Shown piece by piece: positions 9,545 to 20,175 of a DNA stretch of 64,000 bases. The notes under the pieces are model-generated. The model did no database searches, was not told the origin of the DNA, and saw only the letters and a program-made list of their open reading frames with translations. The translations under genes and the position numbers were made by a program. Source of the DNA: an uncultured Chloroflexia bacterium (GTDB taxonomy: Bacteria > Chloroflexota > Limnocylindria > Limnocylindrales > CSP1-4); contig CAWFXA010000001.1 in assembly GCA_963819655.1 (NCBI GenBank), positions 288,001 to 352,000 of the forward strand, read 5' to 3'. Every line of letters begins with the position of its first letter. Position 1 is the stretch's first letter.

Positions 9545-10113
9545 CGGTCTCTCCATCGTTCGGCCTCGTCCGGGTCCCGGATGAGGGTCAAGGTGAGGAT
9601 CAGCAGGAAGGCGGTCAGGGCGAGGGTCGGCAGACTGAAGACGCCGAAGGCGCGGAACCAGACGAACGTGCACGGTGCCGCGACCGCACATGCGCCGCTG
9701 TCGAGCGATGGGATCCACTCGAGCACGACATGGTAGGCGGCGATCAGCGCCCCGACGGCGGCCAGGGCCGCGGCCCCGGTCGGCGCCCGGGCCTCGCGGC
9801 GGAGCGCCGCGACGCCGAACAGCACCACGAAGGGGTACATCGCGATCCGCTGATACCAGCACAAGGTACACGGCGTGAAGCGCGCCACTTCCGAGAAGTA
9901 GAGACTGCCGGCGGTGGCCAGGAGCGCCACGATCCAGGCTGCGACCATCGCCCGGGGCTGGACGACGCGCGCGAGCCCGGCGTACGCGTCGAGTGCCGGA
10001 TCAGACCCGATGGCAAGGAGCCGCAGGACCCCGACCACGACCATGAAGACGATTCCGGCGATCGCCAGGATCGCGTAGAACCGCTCGACGAGGTCGACGG
10101 TCAGCTCAGGCAT
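9541..10113 (-). CDS. dsbB: Disulfide bond formation protein DsbB/BdbC
   Basis: GSLYFSE..FTPCTLCWYQRIAMYP, second Cys pair CAVAAPC, SLPTLAL. Confidence 0.9.
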   Translation of the reverse strand: MPELTVDLVERFYAILAIAGIVFMVVVGVLRLLAIGSDPALDAYAGLARVVQPRAMVAAWIVALLATAGSLYFSEVARFTPCTLCWYQRIAMYPFVVLFGVAALRREARAPTGAAALAAVGALIAAYHVVLEWIPSLDSGACAVAAPCTFVWFRAFGVFSLPTLALTAFLLILTLTLIRDPDEAERWRDR

Positions 10114-10591
10114 CGCCCTCGCTCGCCCGACAGCTCGCACAGACGCCGGTCAGCGTCAGGTGGGGAACGTCGATCGTGAACCCGTGCTCGTCGCGGACGC
10201 CATCGACGGCTGCGACGACTGCCGGATCGTCGCGGGCGAGCTCCCACGCGCCGGAACACACCCGGCAGAAGAGGTGGGCGTGCTCGGCGGCCGGCAGGAC
10301 GTGGAACTCCTCGCGCCCATCGGCCCCGTGGCTATGGCGGAGGACGCCGAGCTGCTCGAGGACGTCGAGCGTCCGATACACCGTCGATGGGATCGTGTCG
10401 GGATCGAGCGCGCGACAGCGATCGACGAGCTCCGCGCCGGTCACGTGACCGTCGGTCTGCGACAGGACCTCGACGAGGATCCGTCGCTGCGGCGTCCAGC
10501 GCAGGCCGCGCGCGCGCAGCTCGTCCGGGATGCCGGCCCACGGCCGGCCGACGTCCGGAGTCCAGTCAGGAGGTGATCCCGTCGCGCGCAT
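10106..10591 (-). CDS. Fur-family metalloregulator, Nur-like (putative nickel sensor)
   Basis: LRWTPQR, STVYRTLDVL, RHSH, EHAHLFCRVC, IDVPHLTLTGVCASC; divergent from a NiCoT permease. Confidence 0.88.
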   Translation of the reverse strand: MRATGSPPDWTPDVGRPWAGIPDELRARGLRWTPQRRILVEVLSQTDGHVTGAELVDRCRALDPDTIPSTVYRTLDVLEQLGVLRHSHGADGREEFHVLPAAEHAHLFCRVCSGAWELARDDPAVVAAVDGVRDEHGFTIDVPHLTLTGVCASCRASEGDA

Positions 10592-10624
10592 CGCGCGAAG
10601 TATAGGGTGACAACCGCCAACCGC

Positions 10625-10668
10625 TGCAGATGCAACACGTTGCGATACGCCGCGTCGCGCGGTAGGCT
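10625..10668 (+). promoter_or_regulatory. Sigma70-like promoter for NiCoT with overlapping palindromic operator
   Basis: TTGCGA (10640-10645), 17 bp, TAGGCT (10663-10668); palindrome GCAAC-AC-GTTGC (10632-10643) overlaps the -35. Confidence 0.55.
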
Positions 10669-10694
10669 ATCCGTCCCGCACGGAGGATCCACGC

Positions 10695-11654
10695 GTGCTC
10701 GATGTCCTGACCGCCGTCGCGACACCAGCCGGTGTCGGCGTGCTCGTCACCGGCCTCGCCCTCGGGATCCGTCACGGCATCGATTGGGATCACATCGCGG
10801 CGATCACCGACATCACCAGCACCACCGCCGCGGCCGGCGTCGCCGAGGCCGCCCACGAAGAGCAGCATCGATCGGTCAGCGGTGACCATCACGGCCACGG
10901 TGGATCGCTCGAGAAGTACGCCCACGACGCGGGGCCGGGTGCCGCGACACTCGCTCCTGCGCTGCGCGGCGGCGTGCCGGCACCAGCAAGATTCGGGCGC
11001 GAGCAGCTCGAGGCCGTCCAGCTCGGGACGCTGTATGCGCTCGGGCACGGGCTGGTGGTCGTGGCGCTCGGGATCGCCGCGCTGTCATTCGGCGCGCTCC
11101 TGCCTGGATGGCTCGACCCGATCATGGGACGCATCGTCGGGCTGACGCTGGTCGGCCTCGGCCTGTGGGTGCTCTACTCCGTCTATCGCTACGCCCGCGG
11201 CGGCGAGTCGTTCCGACTCCGTAGCCGCTGGATGCTCGTGTTCGACGGGGTGCGCTACGCGTGGCGGCGGTTCGGCGCGCGCCTGCACGGCCACGAGCAC
11301 GTCGAACCGCTCGAGATGAGCTCGTACGGCCCCAAGACCGCGTTCGGCGTCGGGATGATCCACGGCGTCGGCGCGGAGACCGGCACGCAGGTGCTGCTCA
11401 TCACGGCGGTCGGCGGGGCAGCCAGCGCGGGCCTCGGCATCCCGATGCTGCTCGCCTTCGTCGTCGGGCTGCTCATCTCCAACTTCGCCATCGTGGTCAT
11501 GACGTCGGTCGGCTTCGTGGCCAGCCAGACGCGCGAACGGATCTACGTCGTCGTCGGCCTGATCGCCGGGGTCTTCAGCCTCGTGCTCGGAACGATCTAC
11601 CTTGCTTCGATGGACGCGATCGTCCCGGAGATGGACTCGCTCCTCCCGTTCTGA
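10695..11654 (+). CDS. NiCoT/HoxN-like nickel/cobalt permease
   Basis: GIRHGIDWDHIAAI signature, His-rich loop, YALGHG, GMIHGVGAET; GGAGG RBS. Confidence 0.85.
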   Translation: MLDVLTAVATPAGVGVLVTGLALGIRHGIDWDHIAAITDITSTTAAAGVAEAAHEEQHRSVSGDHHGHGGSLEKYAHDAGPGAATLAPALRGGVPAPARFGREQLEAVQLGTLYALGHGLVVVALGIAALSFGALLPGWLDPIMGRIVGLTLVGLGLWVLYSVYRYARGGESFRLRSRWMLVFDGVRYAWRRFGARLHGHEHVEPLEMSSYGPKTAFGVGMIHGVGAETGTQVLLITAVGGAASAGLGIPMLLAFVVGLLISNFAIVVMTSVGFVASQTRERIYVVVGLIAGVFSLVLGTIYLASMDAIVPEMDSLLPF

Positions 11655-11655
11655 G

Positions 11656-12534
11656 TCAGGACCGAGCGGGCGCCGCCGACGAGCCCGCGACCTGGGCCAG
11701 GGCCGGCCGTGTCGGCCGGAGGAACAGGTAGAGCACCACCACGACGTAGGTCAGCCATACGACGAAGGTCGTGACCTCGGGCGTCGCCGAGTAGCCGAAC
11801 AGCGCTCGGAGGAACTGGCCGAGCACGTTGCCACCGTCCGCGCTGTGCGGCAGCACGCCCGACAGGTCGAACAGCGTCTGCGTCCCGAACGGGATCACGC
11901 CGATCTCGATGAGCTCGTGGACGCCGACCGACAGGAGTCCGGCCGCGATGAAGATCAGGGCGACGCCCGTCCAGCGGAAGAACGTGGCGAGGTTGAGCCG
12001 GCGCGAGCCCTGGTAGAAGCCGACACCCAGCACGGCAGCGATCAGCAGACCGATCACTGCCCCGATGAGCACCGACGGGGCGCCCAGATCCGCCGAGTTC
12101 GCCTGACCGACGAGGAACAGCGACGTCTCGAGCCCCTCGCGGATGACGGCGACGAACGCCAGGACGGTGAGGGCGATCACGGAGCCGTCGTCAAGCGCTC
12201 GATCGACCGCCGCCTGGAGCTCGCCCTTCACGCTGCGTGCCTGGCGGCGCATCCAGAACAGCATCCATGTCACGACCGCGGCCGCCGCGAACAGCGTGAT
12301 CGCCTCGAAGATCTGCTCGTATGGCTCCTCGAGACCCCCGACGGTCACGAAGAGGACGATGCCGAGAACGACGCTCAGGCCGATCGCGGCTCCCGCGCCG
12401 GCGAAGACCATCGGGAATCTGTCGCGGTTCCCGGTCTTTGCCAGATACGCGCAGATGATGGCGATGATGAGGGCGGCCTCGACCCCCTCGCGCAGGCCGG
12501 TCAGCAAGCCGGTGGAAAAGGCGCCGAGATCCAT
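11656..12534 (-). CDS. FTR1/EfeU-family iron permease
   Basis: Two RExxE motifs (LREGVEA, IREGLET); about 7 TM helices. Confidence 0.92.
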   Translation of the reverse strand: MDLGAFSTGLLTGLREGVEAALIIAIICAYLAKTGNRDRFPMVFAGAGAAIGLSVVLGIVLFVTVGGLEEPYEQIFEAITLFAAAAVVTWMLFWMRRQARSVKGELQAAVDRALDDGSVIALTVLAFVAVIREGLETSLFLVGQANSADLGAPSVLIGAVIGLLIAAVLGVGFYQGSRRLNLATFFRWTGVALIFIAAGLLSVGVHELIEIGVIPFGTQTLFDLSGVLPHSADGGNVLGQFLRALFGYSATPEVTTFVVWLTYVVVVLYLFLRPTRPALAQVAGSSAAPARS

Positions 12535-12565
12535 GCTCGATCAAACTCCGCAAGGCGACATGATG

Positions 12566-12623
12566 ATGACGCGCAAGTGCGCTTGTCATGCGGATGCTAG
12601 TCGGCACACGGAGCGGGCGTCAA
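12566..12623 (-). promoter_or_regulatory. Promoter of the FTR1 permease with downstream inverted repeat
   Basis: TTGACG (12623-12618), 18 bp, TAGCAT (12599-12594), then ATGAC-AA-GCGCA-CT-TGCGC-GTCAT (12589-12566). Confidence 0.5.
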
Positions 12624-12641
12624 GCACCGATCGCGTGGGAC

Positions 12642-13363
12642 CTAATCCGCGGCGCGCACCTGGAAACGGCGGAGCGAGAAGGCAGTCAGCGCGATCCCGC
12701 CGGCGATGACGACGGCGATGATCCCGACCGAGGTCGACAGAGCGAGCGGCTCGACGCCGACGTCCTCGCCGGTCAGCGCAGCCGCCATTCCGAGCATGGC
12801 CTGACGGACCGACAGGAACCGCGTCCCCTCCAGGAGACCTGCCAGGACGCCCTCCCAGATCAGGGTGTAGCCGAGGCCTACGATCAGGGCACGCGAGGTC
12901 ATCGCGCCGAGTGCGGTGAAGCCGACGGCGTACGCGGTCCCGCCCGCGAGCGCAGCCACCGCGAACCCGATCGTGACCCTGATCAATTCGGCACCGAGGC
13001 CGCCCAGCAGCAGCCCCGTCAGGAGGATCGGCGGCACCACGAGAACCCCGGTGATGAACGCGGCGACCGCGACTTTCGCGAGGCCAGTCAGCCAGCGCGG
13101 GACCGGCTTGATGAGTTGGAAGATGAGCGTGCCGTCGTCGATCTCGGAGCCGATCGCGCCGGTGCCGATGACCAGCGCGACGAGCGGGGCGACCGTCCGG
13201 ATGCACAGCGTGTCGAGGATCTCGGGCGCGTCGGGTCGCCCGCCGCCGAGCCGGACGACGACGCCCAGCAGGACCGGCAGGCAGGCCAGGATCGCGATCG
13301 TGAGGGTCCGACGGCGGCCGACCAGCGCGCGCAACGTCAGCTCGACGATGGCCCGGAACGCCC

Positions 13364-13367
<4 letters not shown>
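12642..13367 (-). CDS. ABC-2 type transporter permease
   Basis: EIDDGTLIFQLIKPVPR; 6 TM; coupled to the ATPase. Confidence 0.88.
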
Positions 13368-14283
<916 letters not shown>

Positions 14284-14287
<4 letters not shown>

Positions 14288-15189
14288 ACCGTGACCGTCA
14301 GGTACCGGCGCACGACGACCGCCAGTGAGCCGACCACGAAGGCAAGCGCCGTGACGATGTAGACCCAGCCGGGCAACGTGGCGATGATGAACGTCTCCCC
14401 GCCGATCCTGAGGGGCCCGTAGATCGCCCCGTTCACCCCATCGACGACGTCACTCGGGCTCGCGAGGAGCAGCACCCGGGCGACGTCTGGTACGGACAAC
14501 GCAGCCAGGATGCCCACCACGATGGGCGGCACGATGAACGCCGCGATGATCGCCGCGACGGCGTACGCCCGTCGCGGCGTGTACGACGCGACGACCGCGG
14601 CGACGCCGGCGAACACGCCGGATCCGAGCACGCACACCGTGAGATAGCGCGGGATCTCCGGGAGCTCCTTGCTGATGCCGGTCAGCGGATCCGCGGCCGC
14701 AAGGATCGCGCCGACGGTCAGCAGGAGCTGTGGCGCGACGGTCATGATCAGGATCGCGATGAACAGACCGCCGGTCCGGGCGAGCGCGTAGTCGACCCGG
14801 GTCAGCACCCGCGAGAAGTACAGCGGCAGGACACCGTAGCGCTGGTCACGCCCGAACAGCTCGGGCGCCTGGGCGGCGCTGAACAGCATGACCAGCGTCG
14901 AGGTCACGCTCCAGTAGGTGTCGTGGCGGATGGGGTTGGCTTCGTCCAGGACGTCTGCCGCGCCGGCCTGCCTCGCCAGCGCGGTGATCCCCACGGCGAG
15001 CAGGGCGGGCAGCATGTTCAGGATCAGCAGCAGGAAGGGCGCGACCTTGGCGCGCCCGCCGCGACCGATGCCGTACGCCTCCCGAAGCGTCTGGCGCAGC
15101 AGACCGAGGGCGACCGTCGGGCGGCCGAACTGCGGGCCATCGTAGCCGCGGTAGCCCAGGTCGTAGATGTTGCCCGCGGGCGCGGTCAC
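14284..15189 (-). CDS. ABC transporter permease
   Basis: GTG start overlapping the upstream TGA; NIYDLGYRGYDG, RDQRYGVLPLYFSR; multiple TMs. Confidence 0.87.
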
Positions 15190-16079
15190 TGGAACAGCTC
15201 TTCGAGACCGCGGCGCCGCTGCTCGATCCGGACCAGTGGCAGGCCGAGGTCGGCCACGGCGTCGCGCACGATATCCCACGGCCGGTCGTCGACCAGCTCC
15301 ACGAGCACCGTGCGGCCGTCAGCGACTGCCTGCAATCCAGCCGCCACGAGCGCATCGGCCAGGGCGGCGGCGCCCTCCTCGACGTCGACCGCGAGCGTGC
15401 CGGTACGCTCGGTGAAGGTCGTCAGCGGCGCCGACCTGATGAGGCGTCCGGCGTCGACCGCGACGAGGTGATCGCAGACGCGTTCGATCTCGCCGAGCAG
15501 GTGGCTGGCGACCACGACGGCGATCCCGAACTCGGTGCCGGTCCGCTTGACCAGCGCCAGCATCTCGTCGCGTCCGGCAGGGTCGAGGCCGTTCGTCGGT
15601 TCATCGAGCAGCAGCAGCCTGGGACCGTGGACGAGCGCCTGGGCCAGCTTCACACGCTGCTTCATGCCGGTCGAATAGCCGCCGATCGGCCGATAGCGCT
15701 CCTCGTACAGCCCCACGTGACGGAGCATCTCGGCCGCTCGTTCACGGGCGGCTGGGCGGGGCAGGCCCGACAGTCGCGCCATCTGGCCGACGAAGTCGGC
15801 CGCTGTCGTATCCGGCGGCAGGCAGTCCGATTCGGGCATGTAGCCGACGAACCGGCGCAACGTGGTGCCCTGCCGACGCACGTCGTAGCCGAGGACGGTC
15901 GCCTCGCCGGATGTCTGGGGCAGCAGCCCGAGCAGGATCCGCAGGAGCGTGCTCTTGCCGGCGCCGTTGGCGCCGACCAGGCCGATGATGCCGGGCTCGA
16001 GCTCGACCGTCAGGTCGTCGAGCGCGGTGACTCCACCCGGATAGTGCTTGGTGAGGGCCTGCGTCGCGATGAGGGGCAT
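15186..16079 (-). CDS. ABC transporter ATP-binding protein
   Basis: GANGAGKS, YSTGMKQR, LLDEPTNGLDP. Confidence 0.95.
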   Translation of the reverse strand: MPLIATQALTKHYPGGVTALDDLTVELEPGIIGLVGANGAGKSTLLRILLGLLPQTSGEATVLGYDVRRQGTTLRRFVGYMPESDCLPPDTTAADFVGQMARLSGLPRPAARERAAEMLRHVGLYEERYRPIGGYSTGMKQRVKLAQALVHGPRLLLLDEPTNGLDPAGRDEMLALVKRTGTEFGIAVVVASHLLGEIERVCDHLVAVDAGRLIRSAPLTTFTERTGTLAVDVEEGAAALADALVAAGLQAVADGRTVLVELVDDRPWDIVRDAVADLGLPLVRIEQRRRGLEELFQ

Positions 16080-16116
16080 CGCTCGCGAAGCCTAGCGGAC
16101 GGGCGCCCGACGAGAG

Positions 16117-18240
16117 TCAGGCAGCCACGACTTGGTTGCGACCGCCTCGCTTGGCCATCTGCAGACCGACGTCGGCCACCTCCAGCAGGGATTCGAGCGT
16201 GGCGACGGCCGGACCCAGCGAGGCACACCCGGCCGACACGGTCGCGCGCAGCTGCTCGCCGTCCGACCCGGTGACCCTGCACGACTCCAGCTCGCGTCGG
16301 ATCTCGTCTGCGACGCGATGGGCCTCCTCGACGGTCGCGCCATCGAGGATCGCGACGAACTCCTCGCCACCGAAGCGGGCGACGATATCGCTCGACCGCA
16401 GCCGACCCGACAGGATCGAGCCGAAGGTCCGCAGGACCGCGTCGCCGATGACGTGGCCGTGCTGCTTGTTGAACGCGCCGAAATGGTCGAGGTCGAACAG
16501 GATGATCGCCACCGGATGCCGGTCGTCCAGCGCGAGTCGCGCTCGCGCCGCGAAGAGCCGCGTCGTCGAGACTTCGAGGTGCCGCCGGTTCCAGAGACCC
16601 GTCAGCGGGTCGCGGATGGCCGCGTCGGCCACGCGCGCATGGAGGTCCACGTTGGCAAGCGCAAGCGTCACCTGGGAACCGAACAGCGGCATCGCCTCGA
16701 GCTCTAGCGCGCTGAAGGGGCGCGCGAGATCCCTGCGGTTCACGGTGATCGCGCCGACGACGGACTCCTCGTTGAGCAGCGGGATGGCGGCCGAGACCAG
16801 CACGTCCTCGACGCGGGCTCCCTGGAGTGCGGACGGGAACGAGCTGCGATGGAATGCCTCGGATGACATGACGCGCCGCTCGATCATGGCCCGGCCGGCC
16901 ATCCCCTCGCCAGGCGGGATCCGAACGCCGACGTACCGCTCGTCGCCGCCTTTGATCGCGACGATCCGGTCGTCGCCTGTCCCGTCGCGCAGGACCAGCG
17001 AGACGATGTCGGCCTGGAGCGCGTCGGCCACGGAACGGACGATCGCCGCGTGCGCGGTCGCGAGGTCCAGGCTCGCCGTGACGGAATTGCCGAACGCGGC
17101 CAGCCGCGCGAACAGTGCCGCCCGCTCGCGCAACGCCTCGCGCTCGCGTGCGAGCGCCAATGCCCCGGCGACCCGGTCCCCGACGAGGACCATCGTGTCC
17201 AGATCGCCCTGATCGAGGGGCGGCGCATCCTGGCCGCTCTCGATGTTGAGGACGCCGATCACGGTGTCGCCGGCGCGTAGCGGCACGCTGACCTCGCTAC
17301 GGACGTCGAGGCTCGCGGCGCGGTACTCGGGGTCGTCCAGGACGTCGCGCACGAGCTCGGCCTCGCCTGTGCGCATCACGCGACCGACGACGCCGACCGT
17401 CCCGTCGAAGGTCTCGATCACGTCGTCGTAGCCGCGCTGGGCTCCGAGACGCATGACGTCGCCGTCGCGCGTGTAGATCGAGACGTACCGGTAGCCGAAG
17501 CGGGCGACGAGCAGGACCATCACCTGGTCGAGGGCCGTCGATGTCGGGCCGTCCGCGGCGAGGACGCGCCCGACCGCTTCGACCGCGGACATCTGGCGGG
17601 TGCGCCGGCGCATACCGGCACTCGCTGTCTTGGCGCGCTCGACGGCCCGTTCGAGTGACGAGACCGTTCGGCGGGTCCCGACCGCGAGCACGACGCCTGT
17701 GGCCCCAAGCGCGATCCCGCGCTCGATGAGACCGATCCGGACCGTCGGGTTGCTGAATGCAGGGACGAAGTAGACCGTCAAGGCGGCGCCGACGACAGCG
17801 CCTGCGACCACCAGGACCTGCCGGGTCCCGAGTGCCGCCGCCATCGCGACGATCGGGATGACGAGCGAGGCGAGAGGCAGGGTCGAGGTGTCACCGGAGC
17901 CGACGCTCATCCACAGCACCACGGCGAGTGCGAACAGGAGCCTGGCCGTGTCGCGAGCCTCCGATCGACCCGCCCGTCGGCCGAGGCCGAGTCCGACCTG
18001 GACGCCGAGAAAGGCGAGCGAGGGTACGGCCACGAAGAGGGTGTCACCCTGGGATGCCCACTCGATGACCATGGCCGCGAGCACGACGGCGACCGCCAAC
18101 AGCACATGCGGGTCGGCGGCCAGTCGCTTCACGGCGCGCCGCACAAGGGCGCGCGACCGGTGGGATCGGATCACGAGCCGACTGTGCCTGGCAGATGGCC
18201 ACGCGTCGATAGGACGTTGGGCGTGGACGGGATGCACCAT
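16117..18240 (-). CDS. Membrane-bound diguanylate cyclase with two GAF domains
   Basis: N-terminal TMs, two GAF-like segments, DPLTGLWNRR, DLDHF, RFGGEEF; start position uncertain. Confidence 0.9.
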   Translation of the reverse strand: MVHPVHAQRPIDAWPSARHSRLVIRSHRSRALVRRAVKRLAADPHVLLAVAVVLAAMVIEWASQGDTLFVAVPSLAFLGVQVGLGLGRRAGRSEARDTARLLFALAVVLWMSVGSGDTSTLPLASLVIPIVAMAAALGTRQVLVVAGAVVGAALTVYFVPAFSNPTVRIGLIERGIALGATGVVLAVGTRRTVSSLERAVERAKTASAGMRRRTRQMSAVEAVGRVLAADGPTSTALDQVMVLLVARFGYRYVSIYTRDGDVMRLGAQRGYDDVIETFDGTVGVVGRVMRTGEAELVRDVLDDPEYRAASLDVRSEVSVPLRAGDTVIGVLNIESGQDAPPLDQGDLDTMVLVGDRVAGALALAREREALRERAALFARLAAFGNSVTASLDLATAHAAIVRSVADALQADIVSLVLRDGTGDDRIVAIKGGDERYVGVRIPPGEGMAGRAMIERRVMSSEAFHRSSFPSALQGARVEDVLVSAAIPLLNEESVVGAITVNRRDLARPFSALELEAMPLFGSQVTLALANVDLHARVADAAIRDPLTGLWNRRHLEVSTTRLFAARARLALDDRHPVAIILFDLDHFGAFNKQHGHVIGDAVLRTFGSILSGRLRSSDIVARFGGEEFVAILDGATVEEAHRVADEIRRELESCRVTGSDGEQLRATVSAGCASLGPAVATLESLLEVADVGLQMAKRGGRNQVVAA

Positions 18241-18323
18241 CCGTTCGCCGCCGGCGACCCTGACCTTCGGAAGGCAGGGCCGGGTGTCGTCAGCGTGGGC
18301 GGATCGTCAGCGCGAGCGGCTCG

Positions 18324-20087
18324 TCAGCGCCAGCGGATCGTGCCGGCCACCGGGTCCGCGATCTCGAGGATGTCGCGCAGCTCGGACCCGTCGTTCGGTT
18401 CGATGGCGAGCAGGACGGTGTCGTCGCCGGGGAGATCGATCACGACGATGCGCGTGGTCCGGTCCGGCTCGAGGTGGAACGTGCTGTTGTCGGTGGCGAA
18501 CAGCGCCACCCGCTCGTTATCGGACGGCGCGAGGTCGGTCGAGAGCCCACGCCGCCCATCGATCCGGACCGACGTCGGATCCGTCGCCTGGACCCCGTCG
18601 GTGGAGATGAGCGCCTCGATGATGTCCTGCGGCCGCGGCCGTGGTTCGTCTGTCTCGCCGTTCGGGTAGACCTCCTTGATGCGGCCGGCGAACGTGATCG
18701 CGCCCTCCGGACGCGTCAGGGTGAGGATGTCCTCACCGTGCACGGCGTTCGACCATCCTTCGCCGAGCTCGATGTCGAAGGCGGGCCGGAACCGGGACGG
18801 CGCATATCGACCGGCGCCGAGGCCGCACGGGATGTCGAAGAAGATCTCGCACAGGTCGGACACCTCGCCGGCCGGCAAGGCGGTGGGCGCCGGCGTCGTG
18901 GCCGGCGTGGGTTCCGGGGTCGGGGTCGGGGCGGGCGTGGGTTCTGGGGTCGGAGTCGGGACGGGGGTCGGAGTCGCGATCGCGGCTTCGCTCGGCGCCG
19001 CGGTCAGGACCGGTCGCCCCGCGCCGGGCAGCGCCGCGACGATCACCGCACCACCCGCGATGCCGAGCAATGCCAGCAGCGCCACCGCGACGCCTGACGG
19101 GGCCGAGCGGCTGCGGCCGGCACGGGCTGAACGAGGCTTCGCGGACGCGCGCGGGCGCCCCCGTGCGCGCCTAGATCCTGCGTCCTGGGCGGCGCCCGCC
19201 TGGGCGTCATCGGCGAGCCTCGGAGTCGCGACGATCGTCGTCGGGCTCGCGTCGTCGGCTGCCTGCACGACCGATTCGAGTGCCGCGGCCATCGCGTTGC
19301 CGTTCGAGTACCGGTCGGCCGGGTCGGGCGCTAGGGCCCGCCGCACGACCGCATCGAGCTCGGCCGGGACCTCGGGACGGATGGCCTTGGGCGACGGCGC
19401 CTCGGCGCCGATCCTGGCCAACGCGATCGCGTCGGTCGTCTCGCCCCCGAATGGGCGGGTGCCGGTCAATGCCTCGAACAGGACCAGCCCCAGTCCATAG
19501 ACATCGGATGCGGGAGTGGTCGTGGCGCCCCGCGCCTGCTCCGGGCTGAAGTAGTGGACCGACCCCAGCGTGGTGCCGGGCGTGACTCCCTCGGCGTCGG
19601 CGGCCAGCCGGGCGATCCCGAAGTCGGTGACCATGGCGCGACCGTCGGCGGCCAGCATGATGTTGCCGGGTTTGACATCGCGATGGACGATCCCGCGCAT
19701 GTGGGCCACGCCGAGGGCTCGTGCAACATCGAGGCCGACCCGGGCTGCCGCGCTCGACGACAACCGGCCGCCTCGCTTCAGGCGCGCGGAGAGGTCCTCG
19801 CCGTCGACCAGGTCCATCACGAGGTACGGCTGGTCGCGGTCGGTGCCGGTGTCGAGACACGCGACGATGTTGGGGTGACGGAGGACAGTCGCTGCTAGCG
19901 CCTCCCGCCGAAACCGACTTGCGAGGTCCGCGTCCCTGGCGGCCTCGGGTCGGAGCAGCTTGACGGCGACTGCCCGATCGAGCCGGAGGTCGATGGCCTT
20001 ATGGATCGTCGCCATCCCGCCCCGGCCGATCTCCGGTCCCAGTCGGTAGCGGTCGCCGATGACCCGCGCCTTGCGTGGATTCGCCAC
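18324..20087 (-). CDS. Transmembrane Ser/Thr protein kinase (Hanks type)
   Basis: IGRGGMATI, VAVK, HRDVKPGN, DFG, SPEQ; TM helix, PT-rich linker, extracellular domain. Confidence 0.93.
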   Translation of the reverse strand: MANPRKARVIGDRYRLGPEIGRGGMATIHKAIDLRLDRAVAVKLLRPEAARDADLASRFRREALAATVLRHPNIVACLDTGTDRDQPYLVMDLVDGEDLSARLKRGGRLSSSAAARVGLDVARALGVAHMRGIVHRDVKPGNIMLAADGRAMVTDFGIARLAADAEGVTPGTTLGSVHYFSPEQARGATTTPASDVYGLGLVLFEALTGTRPFGGETTDAIALARIGAEAPSPKAIRPEVPAELDAVVRRALAPDPADRYSNGNAMAAALESVVQAADDASPTTIVATPRLADDAQAGAAQDAGSRRARGRPRASAKPRSARAGRSRSAPSGVAVALLALLGIAGGAVIVAALPGAGRPVLTAAPSEAAIATPTPVPTPTPEPTPAPTPTPEPTPATTPAPTALPAGEVSDLCEIFFDIPCGLGAGRYAPSRFRPAFDIELGEGWSNAVHGEDILTLTRPEGAITFAGRIKEVYPNGETDEPRPRPQDIIEALISTDGVQATDPTSVRIDGRRGLSTDLAPSDNERVALFATDNSTFHLEPDRTTRIVVIDLPGDDTVLLAIEPNDGSELRDILEIADPVAGTIRWR

Positions 20088-20175
20088 GGCGGGACGATAG
20101 CCGAGACGGGCCGAGTCGGTGCTCGGGCCCGTATGCTGCCCGGCCAATGGGAATGCCGATGCCCGTGAACCGACC

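Noticed and set aside
12191-12589. His-containing leader peptide (MTSALARHHH) upstream of FTR1
   Set aside because: The frame has no early stop and runs far into FTR1 out of frame, and the ATG is only 4 nt from the -10.
18890-18975. Short DNA repeats in the kinase gene
   Set aside because: They encode an ordinary Pro-Thr linker.
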